Source: Raja brachyura
Lineage: Eukaryota
DNA: 64,000 nt
NCBI GenBank assembly: GCA_963514005.1
Contig: OY740782.1
Location: 150,288,001 to 150,352,000, forward strand
Direction of reading: 5' to 3'
Positions 35,741-49,500 of this stretch are shown in pieces. The stretch's first letter is position 1, and every line of letters starts with the position of its first letter. Made by a program: the position numbers and the translations under genes. The notes beneath the pieces are model-generated. The model worked only from the letters and a program-made list of their open reading frames with translations. It did not search any database and had not been told where the DNA came from.

Positions 35741-38700
35741 CTCAAAATCAAACTCTCAAAATCTCTAACTCTCAAACTCTCAAACTCAAACTCATGACCT
35801 CAAACTATCAAACTCTCACTCAAACTCTCAAACTCAAACTCTCAAACTCAAACTCTCAACCTCTCGAAATCAAACTCTCAAACTCAAACTCTCAAACTCA
35901 AACTCTAACTCTCAACCTCTCGAACTCAAACTCTCAAACCCAACACTCAAACTCAAACACTCAAACTCAAACACTCAAACTCACACACTCAAACTCTCAC
36001 TCAAACTCAAACTCTCAACCTCTCAAACTCAAACACTCAAACTCAAACACTCACACTCAAACACTCAAACACTCAAACTCTCACTCCAACTCTAAAACTC
36101 AAACTCTCAAACTCAAACTCTCAAACTCAAACTCTCAACCTCTCAAACTCAAACTCAAACTCAAACTCTCAAACTCAAACTCCCAAACTCCCAAACTCTC
36201 AAACTCAAAATCTCAAACTCTCATTCAAACTCTCAAACGCAAACTCTCAAACTCAAACTCTCAACCTCCAAAACTCAAACTCTCAAACTCAAACTATCAA
36301 ACTCAAACTCTCAAACACTCACACTCAAACACTCAAACTCAAACACTCAAACTCTAAAACTCAAACTCTCAAACTCAAACACTCAAACTCAAACACTCAA
36401 ACACTCAAACTCAAACACTCACACTCAAACACTCAAAATCTCACTCCAACTCTAAAACTCAAACTCTCAAACTCAAACTATCAAACTCAAACTCTCAAAC
36501 ACTCACACTCAAACTCAAACACTCAAACTCTAAAACTCAAACTCTCAAACTCAAACACTCACACTCAAACACTCAAAATCTCACTCCAACTCTAAAACTC
36601 AAACTCTCAAACTCAAACTCAAACAATCAAACTCTCACTCAAACTCTCAAACTCTAACTCTCAAACTCTAACTAACTCTAACTAACTCAAACTCCCAAAC
36701 TCCCAAACTCTCAAACTCTCAAACTCTCAAACTCTCAAACTCTCACTCTCAAACTCAAAATCTCAAACTCAACCTCCCAAACTCAAACTCTCAAACTCAA
36801 ACTCTCAAACTCAAACTCTCAAACTCAAACACTCAAACTCACTCTCAAACTCTCAAACACAGACTCTCAAACACACAAATCTCAAACACAAACTCTCAAA
36901 CTCAAACTCTCAAACTCAAACTCTAACTTTCAAATTCTAACTCTCAAACTCTAACTAACTCTAACTAACTAAAACTCTCAAACTCTCAAACTCAAACACT
37001 CAAACTCAAACACTCAAACTCTCACTCCAACTCTAAAACTCAAACTCTCAAACTCAATCACTCAAACTCAAACTCTCAACGACTCAAACTCAAACTCTCA
37101 AACTCAAACACTCAAACTCAGACACTCACACTCAAACACTCACACTCAAACACTCAAAATCTCACTCCAACTCTAAAACTCAAACTCTCAAACTCTCACT
37201 CTCAAACTCAAAATCTCAACCTCCCAAACTCAAACTCTCAAACTCAAACTCTCAAACTCAAACACTCAAACTCACTCTCAAACTCTCAAACACAAACTCT
37301 CAAACACACAAATCTCAAACTCAAAATCTCAAACTCTCACTCTCAAACTCAATCTCTGAAACTCTCAAACACAAACTCTCAAACTCAAACTATCAAACTC
37401 AAACTCTAACTTTCAAATTCTAACTCTCAAACTCTAACTAACTCTAACTAACTAAAACTCTCAAACTCTCAAACTCAAACACTCAAATTCTCAAACTCAA
37501 ACTCTCAAGATCAATCTCTCAAACTCTCAAACTCAAACTCTACACACAAACTCTCAAAATCAATCTCTCGAACTCAAACACTCTAACTCACTCTCAAAAT
37601 CAGACTCTCAGACTCAAACTCTCAAACTCAACCTCTCAAACTCAAACTCTCAAACTCAATCTCTCAAACTCAAACTCTCAAACTCAAACATTCAAACTCA
37701 AACACTCAAACTCTCAAAATCAAACACTCACACTCAAACACTCAAACTCTCACTCCAACTCTAAAACTCAAACTCTCAAACTCAAACTCTCAAACTCACT
37801 CTCAAACTCAAACTCACAACCTCAAACAATCAAACTCTCACTCAAACTCTCAAACTCAAACTCTAATTCTCAAACTCTAACTCTAACTAACTCAAACTCC
37901 CAAACTCCCAAACTCTCAAACTCTCACTCTCAAACTCAAAATCTCAAACACTCAAACACTCAAACTCTCAAACACTCAAACTCGCACTCAAACTTTCACT
38001 TTCACTCAAACTCTCAAACTCTCAAACACCCAAATCTCAAACTCAAAATCTCAAACTCAAACTCTCAAACTCAATCTCAAACTCTCAAACTCAAACACTC
38101 AAACTCTCAAACACTCAAACTCTCAAACACTCAAACTCGCACTCAAACTTTCACTCAAACTCTCAAACTCTCACTCAAACTCTCAAACTCTCAGACTTAA
38201 ACTCTCAAACACAAACTCTCCAACACTCAAACTCTCAAACTCAAATTCTCAAACTCAAACTCTCAAACTGAAACTGAAACTCTCAAACTCAATCTCAAAC
38301 TCTCACTCTCAAACTCAATCTCTGAAACTCTCAAACTCAAACTCAAACTCTCAAACTCAAACTCTCAAAATCTCACTCAAACTCTCAGTCAAACTCTCAG
38401 TCTAACTCTCAAACTCTCAAACTCTAACTCTAACTAACTCTAACTTAAACTCTCAAACTCTCAAATTCTCAAACTCAAACATTCAAACTCTCAAACACAA
38501 ACTCTCAAACTCAAACTCTCAAACTCAAACCCTCAAACTCTAACTTTCAAATTCTAACTCTCAAACTCTAACTCTCAAACTCTAACTAACTCTAACTAAC
38601 TAAAACTCTCAAACTCTCAAACTCAAACACTCAAATTCTCAAACTCAAACTCTCAAAATCAATCTCTCAAACTCTCAAACTCAAACTCTACACACAAACT

Positions 38701-41700
38701 CTCAAAATCAATCTCTCAAACTCAACATCTCTAACTCTCACTCCAACTCTCAAACACTCACACACAAACACTGAAACTCAAACACTCAATCTCAAACACT
38801 CAAACTCTCACTCAAACTCTAAAACTCAAACTTTCACACTGTGAAACTAAAACTCTCAAACATTCAAACTCTCAAACTCTCACACTCAAACTCTCGAAAT
38901 CAAACTCTCACATTCAAACTCTCAAACTCTCAGTCTCAAACTCAAACCCTAACTCTCAAACTCTAACTAACTCTAACTAACTTAAACTCTCAAACTGCCA
39001 AACGCCCAAACTCTCAAACTCATAAATCATAAACTATCAAACTCTCACTCAAATTCAAACTTTCAAACTCTCAAACTCAAACACTCAAACTCACTCTCAA
39101 ACACAAACTCTCAGACTCAAACTCTCAAACACAAACTCTCAAACATTCAAACTCAAACTCTCAACCTCTCAAACTCAATCTCTCAAACTCTCAAACTCAC
39201 ACTCTCAAACTCTCAAACTCGAACTCTCAAACTCAAACTCTCAAACATAAACTCTCAAACAAACTCTCAAACACTCAAACTCTCACTCAAACTCTCAAAC
39301 TCAAACTCTCAATCTCTAACTCTAACTAACTCTAACTTAAACTCTCAAACTCTCAAATTCTCACTCAAACACTCAAACCCACTCAAACTCCCAAACTCAA
39401 ACTCTCAGACTCAAACTCTCAAACACACAAACTCTCAAACTCAAACTCAATCTCTGAAACTCTCAAACACAAACACTCATACTCAAACTCTAACTCTAAC
39501 TCTCAAACTCCAACTAACTCTAACTAACTTAAACTCTCACTCCCAAACTCTCAAACTCTCAAACTCAAACTCTCAAACTCAAACTTGCAAACTCAAACTC
39601 TCACTCAAACTCTCAAAATCAATCTCAAACTCTGAAACTCAAACTCTCAAACTCAAACTCACAAACTCAAACACTCAAACTCACTCTCAAACTCAAACTC
39701 TCAGACTCAAACTCTCAAACACAAACTCTCAAACACTCAAACTCTCAAACTCAAATTCTCAAACTCAATCTCAAACTCTGAAACTCAAACTCTCAAACTC
39801 AAACTCTCAAACTCAACATCTCTAACTCTCACTCCAACTCTCAAACACTCACACACAAACACTGAAACTCAAACACTCAAACTCAAACACTCAATCTCTC
39901 ACGCAAACTCTAAAACTCAAACTGTCAAACTCTCAAATTAAAACTCTCAAACACTCAAACTCTCAAACTCTCACACTCAAACTCTCAAAATCAAACTCTC
40001 ACATTCAAACTCAAACTCTCAAACCCAAACTCTCAAACTCAAACTCCCACTCAAAGTCTCAAACTTAATCTCTCAAACTCACCAAAAATCAAACTCTCAA
40101 ACTCAAATTCTCAACCTCAAACACTCAAACTCAAACTCTCAGACTCAAACTCTCAAACACAAATTCTCAAACACACAAACTCTCAAACTAAAAACTCAAT
40201 CTCTGAAACTCTCAAACACAAACACTCAAACTCAAAGTCTCAAACTCTCAAACTCAAACCATCAAACAATCAAACTCAAACTCTCAAACTCAATCAAACT
40301 CAAACTTTCAAACTCTCAAACTCAAACTCTCAGACTCAAACTCTCAAACTCAAACACTCAAACTCTCACTCAAACTCTAAAACTCAAACTTTCACACTGT
40401 GAAACTAAAACTCTCAAACATTCAAACTCTCAAACTCTCACACTCAAACTCTCGAAATCAAACTCTCACATTCAAACTCTCAAACTCTCAGTCTCAAACT
40501 CAAACCCTAACTCTCAAACTCTAACTAACTCTAACTAACTTAAACTCTCAAACTGCCAAACGCCCAAACTCTCAAACTCATAAACCATAAACTATCAAAC
40601 TCTCACTCAAATTCAAACTTTCAAACTCTCAAACTCAAACACTCAAACTCACTCTCAAACACAAACTCTCAGACTCAAACTCTCAAACACAAACTCTCAA
40701 ACATTCAAACTCAAACTCTCAACCTCTCAAACTCAATCTCTCAAACTCTCAAACTCACACTCTCAAACTCTCAAACTCGAACTCTCAAACTCAAACTCTC
40801 AAACTCTCAAACTCGAACTCTCAAACTCAAACTCTCAAACTCAAACTCTCAAACATAAACTCTCAAACACTCAAACTCAAACTCTCAAACTCAAACTCAA
40901 ACTCTCAATCTCTAACTCTAACTAACTCTAACTTAAACTCTCAAACTCTCAAATTCTCACTCAAACACTCAAACCCACTCAAACTCCCAAACTCAAACTC
41001 TCAGACTCAAACTCTCAAACACACAAACTCTCAAACTCAAACTCAATCTCTGAAACTCTCAAACACAAACACTCATACTCAAACTCTAACTCTAACTCTT
41101 AAACTCCAACTAACTCTAACTAACTTAAACTCTCACTCCCAAACTCTCAAACTCTCAAACTCAAACTCTCAAACTCAAATTTGCAAACTCAAACTCTCAC
41201 TCAAACTCTCAAAATCAAACTCAAACTCTGAAACTCAAACTCACAAACTCAAACACTCAAACTCACTCTCAAACTCAAACTCTCAGACTCAAACTCTCAA
41301 ACACAAACTCTCAAACACTCAAACTCTCAAACTCAAATTCTCAAACTCAATCTCAAACTCTGAAACTCAAACTCTCAAACTCAAACTCTCAAACTCAACA
41401 TCTCTAACTCTCACTCCAACTCTCAAACACTCACACACAAACACTGAAACTCAAACACTGAAACTCAAACACTCAATCTCTCACGCAAACTCTAAAACTC
41501 AAACTGTCAAACTCTCAAATTAAAACTCTCAAACACTCAAACTCTCAAACTCTCACACTCAAACTCTCAAAATCAAACTCTCACATTCAAACTCAAACTC
41601 TCAAACCCAAACTCTCAAACTCTCAAACTCAAACTCCCACTCAAAGTCTCAAACTTAATCTCTCAAACTCACCCAAAATCAAACTCTCAAACTCAAATTC

Positions 41701-43475
41701 TCAACCTCAAACACTCAAACTCAAACTCTCAGACTCAAACTCTCAAACACAAATTCTCAAACACACAAACTCTCAAACTAAAAACTCAATCTCTGAAACT
41801 CTCAAACACAAACACTCAAACTCAAAGTCTCAAACTCTCAAACTCAAACCATCAAACAATCAAACTCAAACTCTCAAACTCAAACAATCAAACTCAAACT
41901 TTCAAACTCTCAAACTCAAACTCTCAACTCAAACTCTCAAACTCTCAAACTCAAACTCTCAAACGCTCAAACTCACAACCTCAAACTATCAAACTCTCAA
42001 ACTCAAACTCTAACTCTCAAACTCTAACTAACTCTAACTCTTAAACTCCCAAACTCCCAAACTCTCAAACTCTCAAATTCTCAAACTCAAACTCTCAAAC
42101 TCAAAATCGCAAACTCAAACTCTCACTCAAACTCTCAAAATCAATCTCTCAAACTCTGAAACTCAAACTCTGAAACTCAAACTCTCGAACTCAAACTCTC
42201 AAACTCAAACTCTCAAACACTCAAACTCTAAAACTGAAACTCAAACTCAAACTCAAACTCTCAAACTAAAACTCTCAAACTCAAACCCTCAAACTCTCAC
42301 TCAAACTCTCAAACACTCACACACAAACACTTAAACTCTAAAACTCAAACTCTCAAACTCTCACACTCAAACTCTCAAAATCAAACTCTCACATTCAAAC
42401 TCAAACTCTCAAACTCAAACTATCAAACTCCCACTCAAAGTCTCAAACTTAATCTCTCAAACTCACCCAAAATCAAACTCTCAAACTCAAATTCTCAAAC
42501 TCAAACTCCCAAACTCAAACTCTCAAACTCTGAAACTCAAATTCTCGAACTCAAACACTCAAACACTCAAACACAAACTCAAACTCAAACTCTAACTCTC
42601 AAACTCCAACTAACTAACTAACTAACATAAACTCTCAAACTCCCAAACTCTCAAACTCTAAAACTCAAACACTCAAACTCTCAAACTCTCAAACTCACTC
42701 TCACACTCAAACTCAAACTCACAAACCTCAAACTATCAAACTCTCACTAAAACTCAAACTCTAGAACTCTAACTCTCAAACTCTAACTGACTTAAACTCT
42801 CAAACTCTCAAACTCAAACACTCAAACTCAAACTTTCAAACACTCAAACTCAAAGTCTCAAACTCAAACTCTCAAACTCTCAAACTTAAACCCTCAAATT
42901 CTCAAACTCAAACTCTCAGACCCAAACTCTCAAACGCTCAAACTCAAACTCTCAAACTCAAACTCAAACTCTCTAACTCAAATTCAAACTCTCAACCTCT
43001 CAAACTCAAAATCTCAAACTCAAACTCTCAGACTCAAACTCTCAGACTCAAACTCTCAAACACAAACTCAAACTCTCAAACTCAAACTCTCACACTCAAA
43101 CTCTCACACTCAAACACTCACACTCAAACACTCAAACTCTCACAAACTCTAAAACTCAAACTCTCAAACTCTAAAACTCAAACTCTCAAACTCTCAAAAT
43201 CAAACTCAAACTCAAACACTCAACCTCAAACACTCAACCTCAAACACTCAACCTCAAACACTCAAACTCTCAGACTCAAACTCTCAGACTCAAACTCTCA
43301 AACACAAATTCTCAAACACACAAACTCTCAAACTCAAACTCAATCTCTGAAACTCTCAAACACAAAAACTCAAACTCAAACTCTCAAACTCAAACCATCA
43401 AACAATCAAACTCAACCTCTCAAACTCTCAAACTTAAACTCTCAAATTCTCAAACTCTCAGACTCAAACTCTCAA
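35740..43475. repeat. 7.7-kb complex simple-sequence satellite of CTCAAA / CTCTCAAA / CTAA units with higher-order structure
   Basis: Directly visible; almost no G on the plus strand. Confidence 0.98.
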
Positions 43476-43842
43476 GAGAGTTTTCAATGCTTTCAAGAGA
43501 GAGCTAGATAGGGCTCTTAAAGATAGCGGAGTCAGGGGATATGGGGAAAAGGCAGGAACGGGGTACTGATTGTGGATGATCAGTCATGATCACATTGAAT
43601 GGCGGTGCTGGCTCGAAGGGCCAAATGGCCTACTCCTGCACCTATTGTCTATTGATTGCCTTCTCAACCAAGAGTTGGCGGCATTGGAAAACACCACAGA
43701 GTGAAACTGCAGAATGAATTCAACCTGTTGGGATCGTGGAGAATCCAGAACCAAAGGGAAAGTATAGTGTCCTGCACGATGTCAGGCGGTTCGATGTCAG
43801 GAGGCACAATGTCAGAGCACCAGCTGCCCGCTCTGCTGGAGG

Positions 43843-44091
43843 TCAGGTAAGTCTTCGTGTTGCTGCTGGCCCCGCTGCTGCTGCCTTCCTCGGGGCAGAG
43901 CTGCCCAAACCATTGGGCTCCACTTTGTACCCACTCGCCGTCTGGCTCTTCAAGTACTTGGCCTTGTCGGCAGCCAGTCTCACCACGGCGCTCTGCTGAC
44001 CCCACCTGTCCCCCTCTATTTGACTGTGAAGGTAGCTGGGACCTTTGGTCATGTGCCTGAGCGGCAGAGAGACGCTCGACTTGGGCGGCAT
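43843..44091 (-). pseudogene. FAM110: FAM110-family N-terminal gene fragment
   Basis: MPPKSSVSLPLRHMTKGPSYLHSQIEG...SAVVRLAADKAKYLKSQ...KVEP matches the FAM110 N-terminal signature PLR-x3-KGP-x-Y...SAVERLEADKAKYVKS; ends after 82 aa with no C-terminal domain. Recognised from memory. Confidence 0.8.
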
Positions 44092-44189
44092 GCTTGCAGT
44101 GAGCGCAATCTCGCTCGGCTTCTTACTTTGATCCAGTCAACGTGAACAAACACGTTTTCTCACGTACATCACCTGTCTGCAGTCACCTT

Positions 44190-45500
44190 AATCCACATTC
44201 ACTATGACTTTGCCCATAACTTGGATAAAGTTGTGACTAGGTTTGCGTAGTTACATTTTTGGAAAATGGAACTGGAAAACATGAATTCTGGCTAAATGGC
44301 AATATATGCAGGCGTGCCACACGTGTCCGTCGCCTGCATCACTACCCAGGACTTCCATGAGCAATGACAGGCTGTCTGCACTCGCCTTAATGTACATTCA
44401 CTATGCCTTTGCCCATGACTTGGGCAAAGTGGTGACGAGGTTTGCACAGTTACATTCTCGGAAAATGGAACTGGAAAATGTGATTTATGGCTATATGGCA
44501 ATATATGCTGGTCTGCCAAGAGTGTTGTCAAAGTCTGTGAGAGGAATCCTGAACTGTCTTCTAATCCCCTCACACTTTGGGAGCCCAAACAGGGCACTGC
44601 AAGAAGAGATAGAAGCCGGGCTATCTACACCAGTGTACTAGCTGCGGAATGACACAGGCCTTGGACAGTGTTAACGAACTGAGGACTGCCATTAAAGATA
44701 AAGTCACACTTCTGGAGACCAAACATGGCACTGCAAGAAGAGGTAGAAGTAGGGCCACCTACATCAGTGTACTGCGGAACGACACATGCTTTGACAGCAT
44801 TAACAAACTGAGGACTGCCATGCTGGATAAACTGGTCTGAGGTGCTATATTCGTGGAACCAGTAATGGCATATAGGCTAAGGCCAACGAATGCCTTTGCA
44901 TTAGTAGTAGGGGTAAATGGCAATATACATCCAGGAGCACCTGAATGATTATGCAGCATCATGCCAGCATGTTTGATTGTTTGGTAAACTATATGATGAA
45001 TTGTGAAATGTATGTATATTTTTAAGTTATGGAATCAAACTTAAGAATTATAAATTCACATTTCAAAAATGGTTTCACAATTCAGTGGTACTGATTTTCA
45101 GTATTCCATAATAATATTTGAGAATACATGAGGTTGCATGCAAACCACTGATTTTCAAAAATCTAGTCTCTGTGTAGTACGTTCCATTGCATTTAAGTGA
45201 GAAATACCGATTTCCCCAACAAAATACTGATTTTCACCCATCAAAATACGGAAATGCTCGGTGAAACTTGGCAGCTCTGCAATTATTAATCTTGACTCTT
45301 GACATTATTTCTGAAATATTGGTCATAAATCTGGTGCAAAAATGCTCCAAAATAAGGCTCCGAGGGCAGCAGAGATCATCTAAAACCCCGGCCGCGAGGG
45401 GCTTCACGCTCGTGATGTGCGCTGTGCGCACATTACTTCACATAAATGTTTTATAATCTTGTCATTCCACCCCCCTTTTTGAAAAGCTTCGTACGGGCCT
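44190..45500 (+). mobile_element. hAT transposase C-terminal (dimerization domain) remnant plus 3' terminal region
   Basis: RTSMSNDRLSALALMYIHY...VVTRFAQLHSRKMELEN, partly duplicated in tandem; ends in CTTCGTACGGGCCT; terminal 500 bp matches 9120-9621. Confidence 0.8.
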
Positions 45501-46394
45501 TCAACGTTACCAGTTTGTAATACAACAAGAATAGGATTAATCCCATATAAATAGTTAACAGCCTCGTTTAATCCGGGCAGAAAGAGTTTCTATATTACCA
45601 ATATGTATTGTAACATAAATGTGTGAAACCAAGTATGTCAGGTGACAGGGATAATACTGTTTTCAAGATAATTCTTGAGTTCGCATCAGGATGCACAGGG
45701 CCTGGCACGCTACGGAATGGGACTGTATTGAGCGTTAAAATACAGGGACAATATATTTTAAGCGCTGTCTGGAGTACATCACATCACTGACATCCCACCC
45801 ACCCATTCCTTCAGACACCTCCGGCCTCTTCTGGAAAAGACCCCCCGTTCCCACATTGGCATGATCAATAATTCTAGGCCTAGAGTGGAAGCAAGGTAAC
45901 CTCGAACGCGAATGGCTGCCTGGGAGAAAAGAGACATATGTAGGTACAATTGCGAGGTAACACGTGATCCGGTATAATAAATATGAATTAAAATGTATGG
46001 CGACATATCGTCTCCCCTCCCCCATCAGGCAAGAGGTAGAGAAGTGTGAAAACGCAAGATTCAGGAACAATTTATTTCCGGCTGTTATCAGGGAACTGAA
46101 TCATTTTATCAGCAACGAGAGTGTGGGCCTGAGCTACTCTCTCCCTTATTGGGGACCCTTGGACTATATTTAAGTGGAGTTTACTGGGCTTTATCATGCA
46201 CCAAACATCATTCTCTTTATCACGTATCTGTACTCTGTGGATGGCTAGATGGTAGTTATGTATAACCTTTCCGCTGAATAGTTAGCACGCAACAAAAGCT
46301 TTTCACTATTCCTCTGTAAACGTGACAATAAAGGAAGCTAAACTATGCTAACGACAAAAATATCTGTATCAGTGGCAACCGAGTGCTCATAGCA

Positions 46395-46525
46395 CCATCC
46401 TCTGGTCGCAGGTAATGTTCGAAATTCAATCTAAATCAAAAATCCACAATACAAATATGCACCACGAGATGGCAGCAGATGCAGGCTCCCTCTGGGCGAC
46501 ACTGAATGGAAACGCCCCTTGTTGC
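46395..46525. promoter_or_regulatory. Cluster of CTCF-like motifs
   Basis: CCACGAGATGGCAG (+, 46462-46475; 13/14 to CCASYAGRKGGCRS) and weaker minus-strand matches at 46395-46408, 46485-46498 and 46512-46525. Confidence 0.4.
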
Positions 46526-46579
46526 ACGAGATGCAAAGAGTACGCAGGGTCCTAATGCTCGTATTAAGCTAAAATCGCA

Positions 46580-49500
46580 AGTCAAGTCAATTTTATTTCT
46601 ATAGCACATTTAAAAACAACTCACGTTGACCAAAGTGCAGGTACTAACGTGCTACATACAATGGTACATAGATCTAACAATACATACATAAATACATACA
46701 TACAGCGCTCCCTCAAGAAAGGCTTGAGAGTAGAAATAGGTTTTAAATGACGACTTAAAGGAGTCAATGGAGGGGGCAGTTCTGATGAGGAGAGGGATGC
46801 TGTTCCACAGTCTAGGTGCTGCAACCGCAAAAGCGCGGTCGCCCCTGAGCTTAAACCTGGACCGCGGGATAGTCAGTAACCCCAAGTCGGCCGACCTGAG
46901 GGACCTGGGGGTAGAATGGTGGGTTAGCAGGTTTTTGATATAGGTGGGGGCAAGCCCGATAAGGGCTTTGTATACATATAGGTGGAGCTTGAAATTGATT
47001 CTGTACCATACTGGGAGCCAGTGGAGAGAGGCCAGGATCGGGGTGATGTGGTCCCTTTTACGGGTGCCCGTCAGGAGTCTCGCTGCGGCGTTTTGGACCA
47101 ATTGCAGGCGGGATGGGGATGATTGGCTAATGCCAGTGTAAAGGGAGTTGCAGTAATCAAGGCGGGAGGAGATAAATGCGTGGATGATCTTTTCAAGGTC
47201 GTTGAATTGGAGGAATGGTTTGATTTTAGCTATCGTCCGAAGCTGGAAGAAGCTAGCTTTTACCACAGCATTGACTTGTTTGTCAAACTTCAAAGCGGAG
47301 TCAAATATCACACCAAGGTTATTGACGTGCGGTTTGAGTAAGGAGGTTGGGCTTCCAAGGCTGCCTGCTATCGTTTTGATGGAGTCCGAGGCAGTAATTG
47401 AAGAGCGCACCCCCGGAGGTGAGGACTGTACAGAGCTGGTCGGGGGCGGGGGGGGGGGGGTGGGGGCAGTCTGTAGACTGGGCAATGTTCAGGGACTCGG
47501 CAACGGACCTGAATGAATACGCCACAGTCGTTACTGACTTCCTAAAGATATGTGTGGAGGACTGCATCCCAATAAAAAATGTCCAAGTGTTTCCCAATCA
47601 GAAGCCTTGGATGAACTTTGAGATCCGCACTCTTCTGAAGACCAGACACCGGGCATTCATATCTGATGATACATTGGTCTACAAGACGTCCAGGTACAAC
47701 CTTGGTAAGGCCATCAAAAAGGCCAAAAGGGACTTCTGCTCCACACTGGAGGATGAGACAGATGTTCGGCAGCTGTGGCGGGGCCTGAATGCAATCACCT
47801 CCTACAAGGCGAGATCAGGAGGCAGCTCGAATGTCGGCGTAGCATCACTCCCTGACGAGCTCAATGTGTTTTACGCACGCTTTGATAGGGAGAACACTGA
47901 TGTGCCTTCTCGAGCCCCCATTCGCTGTGATGGTATTTCAGTCACAGTCACAGAGGCCGACGTCAGAAAATCCTTCAGAGGGGTGAACCCTCGAAAAGCG
48001 CATGGACCTGATGGTATACCAGGTCGTGTTCTAAAAACCTGTGCGGACCAACTGGCTGGAGTTTTTACGGACATTTTCAACATCTCACTTCTGAGGTCTG
48101 AGGTTCCCACCTGCTTTAAAAGGGCATCAATAATACCAGTGCCCAAGAAGAGCAAGGTGACGTGCCTCAACGACTATCGACCAGTGGCACTAACGTCGGT
48201 GGTGATGAAGCTCTTCAAGAGTTGATCATGGCGTAAATCAACTCCTACCTCGACATAAAACTTGGACCCACTGCAGTTCGCTTACCGCCACAACAGATCA
48301 ACGGTGGATGCGATCTCGCTGGCTCTCCACTCTGCTCTGGACCACTTGGACACAAAAACACATATGTCAGGCTGTTATTCATTAATTACAGCTCGGCATT
48401 TAATAGAACCATCCCCTTCAAGCTGGTTAGCAAGCTCTCAGATCTGGGTCTCTGCGCATCCCTCTGCACTTGGATCCTCGACTTCCTCATTCACAGACCA
48501 CGGTCTGTCCGTATTGGTGGAAATGTGTCATCCTCGATAACAATCAGCATGGGAGTACCTCAAGGCTGCGTGCTCAGCCCCCTGCTGTAATCACTCTATA
48601 CTCATGACTGCGTAGCCAGTCATAGTGCAAACTCCATCATCAAGTTCGCTGATGACACCACTGTTGTGGGACGTATCACTGATGGGGACGAGTCAGAGTA
48701 TAGAAGTGAGATCAACCGATTGACCAAATGGTGCCAGCACAATAACCTGGCCCTCAACAAAACCAAGAAACTGATTGTGGACTTTGGAAGGAGTAGGATG
48801 GGGACCAACAGTCCCGTTTATATCAACGGGTCGATGGTGGAAAGGGTCAAGAGCTTCAAATTCCTGGGCGTGTATATCTCTGAAGATCTTTCCTGGTCCG
48901 AGAACACTGATGCAATTATAAAGAAAGCTCATCAGCGCCTCTACCTCCTGAGAAGATTACGGTGAGTCGGTCTGTCAAGGAGGACTCTCTCTAACTTCTG
49001 CAGGTGCACAGTAGAGAGCTTGCTGACCGGTTGCATCGTGGCTTGGTTCAGCAACTTGAGCGCCCTGGAGAGGAAAAGGCTACAAAAAGTAGTAAACACT
49101 GCCCAGTCCATCATCGGGTCTCTGACCTACCTTCTATCGAGGGGATCTATCGCAGTCGCTGCCTCATAAAGGCTGGCAGCATCATCAAGGACCCACACCA
49201 TCCTGGCCACACGCTCATCTCTCCACTACCTTCAGGTGGAAGGTACAGGAGCCTGAAGACTGCAACGACCAGGTTCTGGAATAGCTACTTCCCCACAGCC
49301 ATCAGGCTGTTAAACTCGGCACGGACAAAACTCTGAACATTAATAGCCCATTATCTGCTTTATTGCACTTGATCAGTTTATTTATTCATGTGTGTATATA
49401 TTTATATAATGGTATATGGACACACTGATCTGTTCTGTATTCATGCCAACTATGTTCTGTTGTGCTGAAGCAAAGCAAGAATTTCATTGTCCAATCTGGG

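Noticed and set aside
35794-36357. 187-aa S/N/Q/T/L/K-rich ORF
   Set aside because: It is a translation of the CTCAAA satellite, with no sign of coding constraint.
38837-38843. CACTGTG heptamer in the satellite (again at about 40395) as a cryptic RSS
   Set aside because: No convincing nonamer at 12- or 23-bp spacing on either strand.
35740-43475. Satellite as an Ig switch region, telomeric array or CRISPR array
   Set aside because: No AGCT/WGCW hotspots or G-runs, it lies 3' of the TM exons instead of 5' of C exons, the unit is not TTAGGG, and there is no repeat-spacer structure.
35688-45500. One large composite hAT element enclosing the satellite and the FAM110 fragment
   Set aside because: The two ends belong to different TIR families (CAGGCACGTG versus CAGGCCCGTACG) and the flanks show no matching 8-bp TSD.
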